From the NCBI GenBank assembly GCA_031260055.1, contig JAIRKQ010000030.1, positions 1-59,622 on the forward strand: a stretch of 59,622 nt of DNA, given 5' to 3'. This document shows positions 30,006 through 40,262 of the stretch, piece after piece (position 1 is the first letter of the stretch; each line of letters starts with the position of its first letter). The translations under genes and the position numbers were made by a program. The notes under the pieces are model-generated. The model was not told where the DNA came from. It saw nothing but the letters and a program-made list of their open reading frames with translations, and did no database searches. This DNA is from Puniceicoccales bacterium (lineage in GTDB: Bacteria > Verrucomicrobiota > Verrucomicrobiia > Opitutales > JAIRKQ01).

Positions 30006-30827
30006 TCACTCTAGTGCAAAAAACTTTTCGGTATTTTTATAGGTCAAATTGCAAAAATCATTTTCCGGCATACCCAATGTTTTTGCTGCGAATCTGGCGG
30101 TCGCTCGAATAAAGGCTGGTTCATTGCGTTTTGGCCTATGGGGTTCCGGTGTCAAAAACGGACAGTCCGTCTCGATGAGAAGTTTGTCCGGATTAGCGAC
30201 TTTTAGCGGTTTTACCTGCTCTTTTTTAAATGTCAATGTCCCGGCAAATGAAACAAATGCCCCAAAGCTTTTCAATTTTTCCATCTCCGAAACTCCATAG
30301 CTAAAGCAATGGAATAGAATTCTATTCCCCGCTATGCCTGAATTTATCAAGATATTAAAGGTATCGTCGAAGGCTTGCCGCGAATGGATTACCACGGGCA
30401 AATTATTTGCCTTTGCCAGTTCCAATTGTTTCCCAAATATGAGTTTTTGAAATTCGATGGTTTCATCCTTGGCTTGCTGTTCGTTGGGTAGGCGATGGTA
30501 ATCAAGCCCAATCTCGCCGATAGCTACCGGTTTAATTTCTTTTTCTAAAAAAATTGGCAATTGATCCAATTCCTTCTCGTTTTCAGCGACCAATGGATGT
30601 AATCCGACCGTATAGAAAATATTTCTACGATTTCGTACAAATTCTGCATAGAATTCCCAATCCTTGGGTTGTGTCCCAACGGCCACCATTTTTGTAATCG
30701 ACGCATGCTCAGCATTGGCCAAAACCTCTTCTATTTTCCCTTCGTAAAAGAAATCGTCGAGATGGCAATGGCTATCAATTATTTCCATTGGATATGATGC
30801 AATAATTTTGGGATCTGTTGTCAACAT
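30006..30827 (-). CDS. tatD: TatD family hydrolase/DNase
   Basis: DSHCHL, GEIGLD, VIHSR, FHCFS and IETDCPFL; start may be 30788. Confidence 0.95.
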   Translation of the reverse strand: MLTTDPKIIASYPMEIIDSHCHLDDFFYEGKIEEVLANAEHASITKMVAVGTQPKDWEFYAEFVRNRRNIFYTVGLHPLVAENEKELDQLPIFLEKEIKPVAIGEIGLDYHRLPNEQQAKDETIEFQKLIFGKQLELAKANNLPVVIHSRQAFDDTFNILINSGIAGNRILFHCFSYGVSEMEKLKSFGAFVSFAGTLTFKKEQVKPLKVANPDKLLIETDCPFLTPEPHRPKRNEPAFIRATARFAAKTLGMPENDFCNLTYKNTEKFFALE

Positions 30828-30902
30828 ATGGACTAAAAGGGAAACAACGCAAAGGATTTAAATCCTAAAATTTTGGCTCTCCGGTGGTAATTTCAATCTT
30901 TT

Positions 30903-31184
30903 TCACTTGGAGACAAAGGTTGGATCATTTTGCAAAACTTCCACATCCCGTTGGAGTAGTGTTTTTATAGGAAACGACCCATGATCTTCTAATTCGCTGT
31001 CGTAGACGTCCCATATGTCTTCACTGTCTTCACTATATGGAAACTTGATTGCCACCATGCGTCTGCTTGCATTCTGGAAGACACAAACTTCAAAGCCCTT
31101 AGCTCTAAGCACATCCACATATTCGTCGTTCGGAATAGCGCTGGGTATGCGGGGCATGGAAGCATTTGCAACTCTTATGTTCAT
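30903..31184 (-). CDS. Small hypothetical protein (93 aa)
   Basis: ATG preceded by AAAGGT; occupies otherwise empty space on the same strand as its neighbours. Confidence 0.5.
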   Translation of the reverse strand: MNIRVANASMPRIPSAIPNDEYVDVLRAKGFEVCVFQNASRRMVAIKFPYSEDSEDIWDVYDSELEDHGSFPIKTLLQRDVEVLQNDPTFVSK

Positions 31185-31408
31185 AATTTACCTTTCAAAC
31201 AAATTTAAATGCATTGAATCGGATACACCTTTTATCATCGCCACACCCATGAACTAGATATTTCTTCTTGGAAGCAATGTGTGCACGATAATTTTTCCTT
31301 TCCTCAGGAAACCATGAAAATTTAATTTATGTCAAAAATCAATAAAATTTTCCGATATTTTGCAAAATTGTCAAAATTGCTTTGATATATTTTGCTCAGT
31401 ATTTCGTT

Positions 31409-31909
31409 CTAGGATTTAGATTTGTCATCAAAAATTTCCTTATCAATCTTTTGAAAAACAGTATCAATTCCTCCTGTGATCATAGAAATCGCAGCTTGAC
31501 TTAGAGGCAGAGAGTAGGTTAACTTTGGTAGCGCTTCAGTTTCAAATTTACGCAAAAGGATGTTGAATTCTGCAGCTAAAAATCCAAGGTCCCTTTTCGT
31601 AGATTCTTTTGGGGTATGGGCTTCAAATGCTTCCCTGGCATTTTTTATAAAATCATTTTCGGGGATTGTAGTAGCACTCCGCATATCAAATAGGCATAAG
31701 GCCTGATCTTTGGCTGGCTGCTTAAAACTTAAAACGGTACGCCGTAGAGCGTGTTGATCGGGACATTCAGTTTTGATAGCTTTTAAAAGCCTTTCCCCCT
31801 TAGAAACACAGCCATCCACGTAGGGTTTATTAGCATAATAGAATTTAGCAGCTTCACCCAATGGTTTAGGAAGAAATAACGAAGCTACGCCCGGGATTAA
31901 ACTATTCAT
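31409..31909 (-). CDS. Hypothetical protein (166 aa)
   Basis: ATG start with TATAAT (31918-31923) 8 nt upstream; no recognisable motif. Confidence 0.65.
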   Translation of the reverse strand: MNSLIPGVASLFLPKPLGEAAKFYYANKPYVDGCVSKGERLLKAIKTECPDQHALRRTVLSFKQPAKDQALCLFDMRSATTIPENDFIKNAREAFEAHTPKESTKRDLGFLAAEFNILLRKFETEALPKLTYSLPLSQAAISMITGGIDTVFQKIDKEIFDDKSKS

Positions 31910-32031
31910 AGAGTGATATTATAGTAAAATTTTATACAAATCAATACTTTTTTGCAAAAAAAGAGTATTATTTTTGCTTCGAATTAAAAATTCGAGTTGA
32001 CAATCATAAAAAAACAAGAAAAAATCTCATC

Positions 32032-32436
32032 ATGGGAAACTGTGTAAAACTCTTATTTTTGTCGGTTATGATGCTGTTGGTTACGGCATGTCGAACAGCA
32101 AGTGACTCGTCGAAGAGTGCCCCCGTTGAACGTGTTACAGTAGGAACTGTGCAACGCTTTATTAAAAATGGAATGACTTCTGCGGAAGTTGTCGAAGTTC
32201 TTGGCTCGCCCAATATGGTGACAAAGAATGCCGAAGGCAATGAAACATGGGTTTATGACAAAATTCATTCGGAATATGAGGCGAAAAAGTCTGACTCTGG
32301 TATTTGCTTGATATTGTTCGGAGGTTCTAGTGCAAAAGCTTCTGGGAGTTCCAGTGAGCGTACCTTGACCATAGTGGTGCATTTCGATAGGAATAGTAAA
32401 GTCATAGATTTTTCCTATAGAACAACATCGTTTTAA
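32032..32436 (+). CDS. Lipoprotein with SmpA/OmlA (BamE)-like domain
   Basis: Lipobox VTAC; GMTSAEVVEVLGSP and ETWVYD. Confidence 0.75.
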   Translation: MGNCVKLLFLSVMMLLVTACRTASDSSKSAPVERVTVGTVQRFIKNGMTSAEVVEVLGSPNMVTKNAEGNETWVYDKIHSEYEAKKSDSGICLILFGGSSAKASGSSSERTLTIVVHFDRNSKVIDFSYRTTSF

Positions 32437-32960
32437 TGATGCATATGTCGAAAAAATGCCTCGCAACATTACTTTTGGCTGCCCTGAGTCTTATGCCAGG
32501 GTGTGCTTCGGTTAGTGAAACACATGCTCCGACAAGCGTGGAGATACAATCCATACAGACGAGGGAATTCGATGTTCCATATAAAATTGCCTTTGCCTCC
32601 GTCGTCGATGTTTTTCAAGATTTGGGATTTACCATACAATCGTCGGATTTTACGACCGGATTAATCATAGCGAGAGGGAATACGGCCAATCAGAGTGTTG
32701 GATTACTAGGGGCTATGAGTGAGGTTCGTGGTAAAACCGTGTGGAATGTTGGCACAGCTCATTTGGAAGAACTTGGCAACGAAAAAGTGTCGATACGAGT
32801 AAGCTTTGTCACAAATACTAAAGTCATGTTTGAGTATGGAGCATCGAATGAATCAAGTAAGGCTATACTCGATGGTGAGTTTTATGCGAAATTTTTTGAA
32901 AAAATAGATAAGTCGATATTTGTAAGACAGAATCTAAAAAGTCGATCCAATACAGATTGA
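32436..32960 (+). CDS. Conserved hypothetical lipoprotein, coupled to the upstream lipoprotein
   Basis: Lipobox MPGC; IQTREF..VFQDLGFTIQSSDFTTGLI; start overlaps the upstream TAA. Confidence 0.75.
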   Translation: MMHMSKKCLATLLLAALSLMPGCASVSETHAPTSVEIQSIQTREFDVPYKIAFASVVDVFQDLGFTIQSSDFTTGLIIARGNTANQSVGLLGAMSEVRGKTVWNVGTAHLEELGNEKVSIRVSFVTNTKVMFEYGASNESSKAILDGEFYAKFFEKIDKSIFVRQNLKSRSNTD

Positions 32961-33141
32961 AGTGGATTCTGGTTTTTTCGAAAATGGTATCCCTAATAAG
33001 ATTTTCCTAAGGCTTGTGCTAGGTTTTAGCAGCAAAAATGAGAGAAATTAAGCCAGCAAAGGTAGCATTCGATTTGTCGAAACAGGAAGCTTTGGCTATG
33101 TTTTTCATTGAACAATTTTACTAAGAAAATAGACCCTATCC

Positions 33142-34062
33142 ATGGAAAGTAGGCTCAAGTGTGGTGTGGTTGGGGTAGGATACCTTGGACAACATCACGC
33201 GAGGGTGTATTCCTCGTTGGAAAAATGCTCCCTGGTGGGTGTATATGATATTAACCCAGAACGAGCAAAGGAAATAGCGTCGAAATGTCACTGTAAAGTT
33301 TTCAACTCTCTCGAAGAGCTTGGAAACGAATGTAACTGTGTAAGTATCGTAACTCCAACGGATAAACATGCCGAAACGGCGATTCCGCTTATTGAAAAAA
33401 ATTGCCATCTCCTAATTGAAAAACCACTGGCATCGTCAACAGAAGATGTGGAACGGATTTTAAAAGCTGCCAATGGCCGTGATAGGATTTTACAAACGGG
33501 ACTGATCGAACACTACAACCCCGTGATGAAATTCTTGGAAGCATCGGTTACAACCCCACGATTCGTAACATCCCAGAGGCTGGCACCGTTTAATGGGAGG
33601 GGGACAGAAGTAGGTGTCGTCCTCGACCTAATGATACACGACATCGGCATAATTTTGCAGTTGGTAAAATCGGAAATTACATCCATCGATGCCATAGGAA
33701 TTCGAGTTTTGTCAAAGACAGAAGATATTGCCAACGCTCGATTGCATTTTGCCAGTGGATGCGTGGCGGATTTGAATGTCAGCAGGGTGAGCGAAAAAAA
33801 ATTACGCGAGATACGAATTTTTCAACCACAGACATATTTGTCGATGGATTTTACATCCCAAAGCGGCCATCTGATGAAGGTTTTGCCGGAAGGTCTGATC
33901 AAGGAAGAAATCCCCGTGGAAAAAGAAGAACCCCTAAGGACAGAAATTTCATCGTTTATACAATGCGTACGAAACCACACGGAACCCAAAATAGACATTC
34001 ATTTTGGCAAAAAAACTTTGGAATTGGCATTGAAAATCACAGGAATAATCAACGTGGAGTAA
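33142..34062 (+). CDS. Gfo/Idh/MocA oxidoreductase (GnnA-like)
   Basis: GVGYLGQHHAR, SIVTPT, LIEKP, RLAPF...DLMIHD and SRVS. Confidence 0.88.
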   Translation: MESRLKCGVVGVGYLGQHHARVYSSLEKCSLVGVYDINPERAKEIASKCHCKVFNSLEELGNECNCVSIVTPTDKHAETAIPLIEKNCHLLIEKPLASSTEDVERILKAANGRDRILQTGLIEHYNPVMKFLEASVTTPRFVTSQRLAPFNGRGTEVGVVLDLMIHDIGIILQLVKSEITSIDAIGIRVLSKTEDIANARLHFASGCVADLNVSRVSEKKLREIRIFQPQTYLSMDFTSQSGHLMKVLPEGLIKEEIPVEKEEPLRTEISSFIQCVRNHTEPKIDIHFGKKTLELALKITGIINVE

Positions 34063-34127
34063 ACAGGGTGCTTTTAATAAAAAAGAGGTTATATTTCATT
34101 GAAAATAATATGGTTTATATTCGATGA

Positions 34128-34740
34128 GTATGTTGGCATCAGTTACTGCTTCCGTTTGTGATGTGTAATAATAATATCAAACTCTTAAAAACTGCCTGTC
34201 TGTGGGGGAGTATAATTCCTGCAATTGTGTATGTTATCTGGATGTGTAGCGTAATATGCTTACTAAGTGCTAAATTTCCTGAATCATTCGCAGCACTTGT
34301 CAGCAAAAATATGGAAGTTAGTGAACTAATAAATCTTCTAGCTGTAGCCTGCAATTGGGGGTTTGTGAGGACGTTGTTGCTTGCAATTTCAGCCACTGCA
34401 ATTGCGACGTCTATTTTTGGTGTTAGCCTATGCTTAAAGGATGATTTTTATACATTTTTTAGTAAAATCTTGGACAGGAAAGCTTCTGTCGTAGCATCAT
34501 GTCTTTGCATGGTTGTCCCGGGATGTTTTGTGGCGATTTTTATACCGAACGCTTTCATACACGTTTTAAGTTTCGCAGGAATGTTGCTCGTTGTTATTGC
34601 GATCTTTATCCCCATACTTTTGCTGGGAAAAGTTCGACAAAGCTTTAAACTCTAAATTTATAATGTCAAATCTATTGTTTATCGGTATCACAATCAGTGT
34701 GTGTGAAATTTATAACATACTCGCAGGTCTATTCAAGTGA
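34128..34740 (+). pseudogene. Remnant of an aromatic amino acid permease (TyrP/Mtr/HAAAP family), C-terminal half only, frameshifted
   Basis: WGSIIPAIVYVIW, AIATSIFGV and PNAFIHVLSFAG. N-terminal half absent. The last TM helix (FIMSNLLFIGITISVCEIYNIL) is in another frame ending at TGA 34740. Confidence 0.75.
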
Positions 34741-34810
34741 TACGGATTGTAAATTTTCAAAAATTGTTCCTTCGGGCAAGTGTTCCATCTTGAATATTCT
34801 TCAAGAATAA

Positions 34811-35782
34811 TCAAGATAGCCCATCCATAGAATTAACTTTTGCTTCTTTTCTGTTTGCAGCTAGACTTATCAATGTAGAAACAAGTGCCGGTAGGTCTAT
34901 GCCGGCAGTGCTTGCACTCATTGGATAAAAACTATTCTGTGTCATTCCGGGGATCGTATTGATTTCCAAAAAAAAGACCTTTCCAGTATTTTTTTGGAAT
35001 AAAAAGTCAATCCTAGCCCAATCCCTGCATCCACAACATTTAAACGCTATTTCGCAATACCGTTTTACCGTATTTTTAGTATCTTCGGGAATTCTTGCGG
35101 GGTGTATTCTACTGGAATACCCTGGCGTATATTTATTCCTATAGTCCAAAAAGCCATATTTCGGCAAAACTTCCACAATTTCAAGCGCTTTACCATCAAG
35201 TATAGCTACTGTTAGGTCTATCCCATCTATCCTACGTTCAACGATATATTCCACATCTTCATTTAGCCTGTGAATGGTCAATCTCAATTCCATTTCCGAC
35301 GAAATGACATGGGTGTCTATGCTACTACCTCTAGCATTTGGTTTTATAAATAAATTATGCCCAAGCATGCTGATAATTGAATGGGGCGAGGGAGCACTTG
35401 CTGGAACAAATTTTATACCATCGATCACAGGAATTCCTGCTTTTGAAACAATCTGTTTAGCGAGGGATTTGTTCATGCATAATGCACTGGCCTTCGAATC
35501 ACTTCCGACGAAGGTCAAGCCTTCTGTTTCCATGGCAGCTTGCAAACCACCGTCTTCCATGAATTCCCCATGGGCAACAGGGAAAATTATGGCATCCTCT
35601 TGGATTGCTTCTTTGGGCAGTTCATCTCTTGTAAGGACAATTTTTGTTGTGGGCAAGATACTTTTGCATACCTGGTATACCGTTTCGCTGGATAGCAGCG
35701 ATATTTCTTTTTCCGATGATGAATTTCCACCGGTCAAAATTATTACCTCTCGGGCATATTTTCTATTGATCATTTTACCCAT
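34811..35782 (-). CDS. ddl: D-alanine--D-alanine ligase
   Basis: GG.SSEKEISL.S, HGEFMEDG, IKPNARGSSI, ARIDF and EINTIPGMT. Confidence 0.95.
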   Translation of the reverse strand: MGKMINRKYAREVIILTGGNSSSEKEISLLSSETVYQVCKSILPTTKIVLTRDELPKEAIQEDAIIFPVAHGEFMEDGGLQAAMETEGLTFVGSDSKASALCMNKSLAKQIVSKAGIPVIDGIKFVPASAPSPHSIISMLGHNLFIKPNARGSSIDTHVISSEMELRLTIHRLNEDVEYIVERRIDGIDLTVAILDGKALEIVEVLPKYGFLDYRNKYTPGYSSRIHPARIPEDTKNTVKRYCEIAFKCCGCRDWARIDFLFQKNTGKVFFLEINTIPGMTQNSFYPMSASTAGIDLPALVSTLISLAANRKEAKVNSMDGLS

Positions 35783-36036
35783 TCTTGCCGTTTATATATT
35801 CCACACATTCATATGTCGACTTATTTCTGAAAGATTCACTCCCGCCAATAATTTCCTCTTGCACAAGGATAATGAATTTTCGCTTTTGGAAATTCCAACG
35901 AAAGCCATTCTGTCCTTAGATATTTTTAGAAAAGACTTCAAACGATTTTCCAAAATGGTGCGAATCTAGCCCAGTATGGACCCGATGGCCAAAAAAATTT
36001 GTAGATATCACTATCTTTTATGGGAAGAAATGCAGT

Positions 36037-36549
36037 TTATGAGAATAACAGGCCAACATCTTTAGTCGAATCATCATCCACATAGGGTAAACTAGCTATG
36101 GTACATAGGGAAAAAAGCCAACGGAAAAAAGCCAATTGATGTTGCTTTTTATTGCGCTTTAGGCGTATGGTTTTTTCTTTACCTATTGTTAAAGCTAAAC
36201 GTTCATCGAATTCTTTTTCGAACGCATCAATGGATTCCTTTTGCAATGCACAAAAGGACTTTTTAAAAATAGGAAATTTGATACCCATCATTTTATTTCT
36301 TTTTGCCGAGCGATTTATAAAGCCTTTGCCGAATGTCTTAGGAAAACCTTTTGGCGATCGTAGCGTTGAAGAAAGAGGACGTATTGCAATACTTGGTCTA
36401 CCATCCGTAGATACTGTTGGTAGGGATTCCAGGCAATCCCTTATCAAGTTGTTTGCCTCAGTGCTAAATTGCTCATCCTCACACAAACGCTCCAATGCTT
36501 TTGTAGATATTTCTCTAATGGATTGAATAACGTTGACTTTCTCTGCCAC
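36037..36549 (-). CDS. Hypothetical protein (170 aa), possibly a fragment
   Basis: Longest ORF in the ddl-pit interval; GTG start; no motif recognised. Confidence 0.4.
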   Translation of the reverse strand: MAEKVNVIQSIREISTKALERLCEDEQFSTEANNLIRDCLESLPTVSTDGRPSIAIRPLSSTLRSPKGFPKTFGKGFINRSAKRNKMMGIKFPIFKKSFCALQKESIDAFEKEFDERLALTIGKEKTIRLKRNKKQHQLAFFRWLFSLCTIASLPYVDDDSTKDVGLLFS

Positions 36550-36767
36550 AACGGAAAGATTCTAGCACCTGGAATACAAAAGACAATATATTTTTACTCT
36601 GAATATGTGGAATTGTTCAATCAATATGAATTCCAGGAGAATTGGGAGATGTATCGATCACCTAATGTCTATTATTGTAATAAAAGGTTGTCTTTTGAAT
36701 AAAAAGTGACAATGATTGCTTCTACCTTCAATGTGAATAAAGACAAATTGTTGGGAACATATTCAGT

Positions 36768-38009
36768 ATGGTGTTTATATTGATTTTGGCTGCGATTGGG
36801 GCAATTTTTGTTGCATTTAATAATGGAGCAAATGATGTCGCAAATGCGTTTGCTTCAGCCGTAGGATCCAAAGCCCTGAAGATCAGGCATGCGCTTCTAA
36901 TCGCTGCTATCTTAAATTTTTTAGGAGCGATATTATTAGGGGCTAACGTTTCCAAAACACTAATTGATGGCGTTGTAAACATTAGCTGTTTTCATGACAA
37001 AAATGCCTACATCGCAGGGATGTTGGCGTGCATGATTGCTACGGGCAGTTTTGTTTTCATATCTACCCGTACCGGGTTGCCGGTAAGCTCAACTCATTCC
37101 ATTGTCGGGGGAATGATAGGTATTGCCACCACATTGGGAGGTATTGGAGCTGTCAAGTGGAAATTGTTCGGCCTGTTGACTCTGTCGTGGATACTTACAC
37201 CATTTCTAGCGGCAGCATGTTCGTTTGTCACCATAAAGTTGATAAAACTGACAATTTATCGGGGAGAAAACTCCAAGGTTATGCAACGGGCATGCAATTT
37301 GATCCCCATCTATGCCACTATAATTGTTATTGCGCTCATCATTGCCGTAGTACGAGGAAGTAAGATTTGGGGAAAATATATATATTCGTGCAGGGCGTGG
37401 GGAACATTATTGCTGGTTTTCCCAGTGCTGTACGTAGTATTTAGAATCATAACGCATAGATTAATCATAAAATTCAGAGATAGGGAATTTGGTGTTGAAC
37501 ATGTTTTTAGACGTTTTCAGGCAGGCACTTCATGCTTGATAGGGTTTGCCGTCGGATCGAATGACGTTGCAAATAGTGTCACGCCGGTTATTGGCATATA
37601 CTTCGTTACAAAGCTTGGCATGCTCCCAGATTCATTTGCCGACCATGCTATCCCTATTTGGATGCTTGCAGTCGGTGGAATGGGAATGTCGATGGGGGTT
37701 TTATCCCTTGGTCACAAGGTTGTTGACACGATGGGACACAGCATCACATTGCTATCAAATTCCAAAGGTTTTAGCGTCGATTTTTCGACCGCCACGACGA
37801 TCATCCTGGCATCCGTTTTCGGAATGCCGGTTAGTTCTACCCATGCTGCAACCGGGGCTGTTATCGGAGTCGGATTGGAAAAGGGACTTAAGGGATTAAA
37901 CCTGCGGTTACTTTTTACCATATTTGTCACATGGCTTATGACCGTACCCATATCCGCTATTTTTACGATTTCAATATATTCCATCCTTAGGGCCATATTA
38001 CCACTGTAA
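36768..38009 (+). CDS. pit: Inorganic phosphate transporter, PiT family
   Basis: Duplicated signatures GANDVAN/GSNDVAN and PVSSTH x2. Confidence 0.94.
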   Translation: MVFILILAAIGAIFVAFNNGANDVANAFASAVGSKALKIRHALLIAAILNFLGAILLGANVSKTLIDGVVNISCFHDKNAYIAGMLACMIATGSFVFISTRTGLPVSSTHSIVGGMIGIATTLGGIGAVKWKLFGLLTLSWILTPFLAAACSFVTIKLIKLTIYRGENSKVMQRACNLIPIYATIIVIALIIAVVRGSKIWGKYIYSCRAWGTLLLVFPVLYVVFRIITHRLIIKFRDREFGVEHVFRRFQAGTSCLIGFAVGSNDVANSVTPVIGIYFVTKLGMLPDSFADHAIPIWMLAVGGMGMSMGVLSLGHKVVDTMGHSITLLSNSKGFSVDFSTATTIILASVFGMPVSSTHAATGAVIGVGLEKGLKGLNLRLLFTIFVTWLMTVPISAIFTISIYSILRAILPL

Positions 38010-38012
38010 ATC

Positions 38013-40244
38013 ATGGGATGTCTTTGTGCAGAGGTTCTAACGTTTGGAATGTTCGATGGTCCGCTATTGTATGCAATTCCACGGGGATTGAAAAACATTT
38101 TGACCGATGGCATGCTCGTTAGGGTACCATTCGGACGAACAAAAACATTGGGCATCACCCTCAATATCTGTCAAATGGACTTAAATAAATCATCGTTTCG
38201 GGTAAAAGAAATTCTAAATGTTGAATATGATTTCCCTTTGCTCGGTACGGACATGATAAAATTGATATTCTGGATGCGCAAATACTATGCGGTGTCATAT
38301 AAGTCCCTACTTGAAACCATTATCCCCCTGGCCATAAGAAAAAGTAGCGGATTTAAATTTGTGACAAAGTTTTCCCTGATAAAAACTTTATCCAAAAAAG
38401 ATTGTGAAATGCTAGGACGCCGTTCTCCAAAGCAATACGCACTATATGAATTTTTACTAAAATCCAACGGCATGTTTGAAAAATCAGAGCTGAAAAGTTT
38501 TTCCACTTCTGCCATTAATTCTCTAATCGACAAAGGGATCGTCGGAGAAACTTTTGAACGGGCTAACCGCATTGTCTACGCCAATCAAACGTTTGGAAAA
38601 AGCGGAAACCATAGGGAAAACGTAATCCTAACGGCCGAACAGCAAAATGTCGTGACCGATATCGCCAAGAGCTTGGCCAAAGGAGAGTTTTGCACGCATT
38701 TGATACATGGTATTACGAGTTCTGGGAAAACAGAAGTTTACTTGCATGCCATAGAAAATGTCCTGAGGTCTGGCGGTGATGCAATTTATTTGGTCCCGGA
38801 ACTCACCCTAACACCACAAACGGTTCGCTGCATCAGGTGTGGTGTAAATCTGCCCGCCGCTCAAGTTGTGGTTTGGCATAGTGGACTATCCGAAGGAGAA
38901 CGCCGTGATGCCTGGTTGGCAATGGCCAACGGTGAAGCAAGAATTGTTATTGGGGCACGCTCGGCAATATTTGCTCCCCTAAAAAATACCAAAATAATCA
39001 TCGTCGATGAAGAACATGAAACAACATATAAACAGGCAGAAACTCCCCGTTACCATGCCCGTGACGTTGCAGTTTACCGTGCCAAATTGTGCAATGCCGT
39101 CTGTATCCTAGGGTCCGCTACGCCATCCATCGAATCCCTATTCAATGCATCGTTGAAGAAGTATAAGCTGAATACGTTGAGAAATAGGATCGATGGCAGT
39201 ACGTTGCCCAGAATTGAAGTGGTCGACATGGGCCATGAATATTCAATGGGGAAACCAAACATTATTTCATCACGGCTACGGGAATTTGTCGAAGATCGCT
39301 TGGCAAAACACGAACAGGTCATTTTATTTCTTAACAAACGGGGGTATTCGTCGGTGGTATTTTGTAAGAATTGTGACTACGTTGCCACTTGCCCACATTG
39401 TAACACTTCCTTGACATACCACAAGCAGCAGAATGTATTACGGTGCCACATGTGCAATTACGTCGAAAGCTTGCCAGCCAAATGTCCTAAATGTGGAGGA
39501 TATGACATTTTGCAAAGCGGTGTGGGAACGCAAAAACTTATGGGCGTTATTTGTACACTATTTCCGTTGGCTAAGGTTGAACGCCTCGATTCCGATACCA
39601 CGACGACGAAGGATAGTTTTTACAAAATTTTGAACCGTTTTAGGGATGGGGAAATTGATATTTTAGTTGGTACGCAAATGATATCAAAGGGATTGGACTT
39701 TCCGAATGTGTCACTCGTGGGCATTATTAATGTGGACAGTGCCATGAATTTCCCTGATTTCCGATCAAATGAGAGGGTTTTTCAATCGATCATTCAAGTA
39801 TCAGGACGGGCAGGTCGTGGAAATAAACCTGGAATCGTTGTTATACAAACCAATTTTCCATCTTCGAATCTAATTAAATTAGCCGTCCAAAACGATGTGG
39901 AATCCTTTTTTAAGAATGAGCTAATGGCCCGCAATGAATTTTTCTATCCACCATTTTCCCACATTATTCGGCTAATTTTTTCCGGAAAAAATGAAATAAA
40001 GACGGAACTTTTAGCGAAAAAAATTTGCGATGATTTGCGAAAACGATCCCAGGACTTATTTGAACTTCGAGGGCCGGCCCCAGCCGCAATATATAAAGTG
40101 AAGGACTGTTTCCGTTTTTCTTCCATGTGTTTTTCAAAAAACGTGGCCACGGCCTTGGAAAAAATTCACGAAAGCATGGAAGTTTTCAAAAGTACAAGGG
40201 ATGCTGCTTGGACCATCGACGTGGATCCCATCGACATGATGTAG
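38013..40244 (+). CDS. priA: Primosomal protein N'
   Basis: HGITSSGKTEVY, IGARSAIFAP, DEEH, four CxxC zinc motifs, GTQMISKGLDF and QVSGRAGR. Confidence 0.97.
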   Translation: MGCLCAEVLTFGMFDGPLLYAIPRGLKNILTDGMLVRVPFGRTKTLGITLNICQMDLNKSSFRVKEILNVEYDFPLLGTDMIKLIFWMRKYYAVSYKSLLETIIPLAIRKSSGFKFVTKFSLIKTLSKKDCEMLGRRSPKQYALYEFLLKSNGMFEKSELKSFSTSAINSLIDKGIVGETFERANRIVYANQTFGKSGNHRENVILTAEQQNVVTDIAKSLAKGEFCTHLIHGITSSGKTEVYLHAIENVLRSGGDAIYLVPELTLTPQTVRCIRCGVNLPAAQVVVWHSGLSEGERRDAWLAMANGEARIVIGARSAIFAPLKNTKIIIVDEEHETTYKQAETPRYHARDVAVYRAKLCNAVCILGSATPSIESLFNASLKKYKLNTLRNRIDGSTLPRIEVVDMGHEYSMGKPNIISSRLREFVEDRLAKHEQVILFLNKRGYSSVVFCKNCDYVATCPHCNTSLTYHKQQNVLRCHMCNYVESLPAKCPKCGGYDILQSGVGTQKLMGVICTLFPLAKVERLDSDTTTTKDSFYKILNRFRDGEIDILVGTQMISKGLDFPNVSLVGIINVDSAMNFPDFRSNERVFQSIIQVSGRAGRGNKPGIVVIQTNFPSSNLIKLAVQNDVESFFKNELMARNEFFYPPFSHIIRLIFSGKNEIKTELLAKKICDDLRKRSQDLFELRGPAPAAIYKVKDCFRFSSMCFSKNVATALEKIHESMEVFKSTRDAAWTIDVDPIDMM

Positions 40245-40262
40245 ACTATGAAACCATAAAAT

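Noticed and set aside
30927-31960. Recurrent TTTTGCAAAA palindromes
   Set aside because: They also occur inside coding regions and are expected by chance in AT-rich DNA.
35274-35969. 231-aa plus-strand ORF and similar shadow ORFs (e.g. 22822-23340, 52674-53195)
   Set aside because: Antisense to ddl, pgm and gpmI; no independent evidence.
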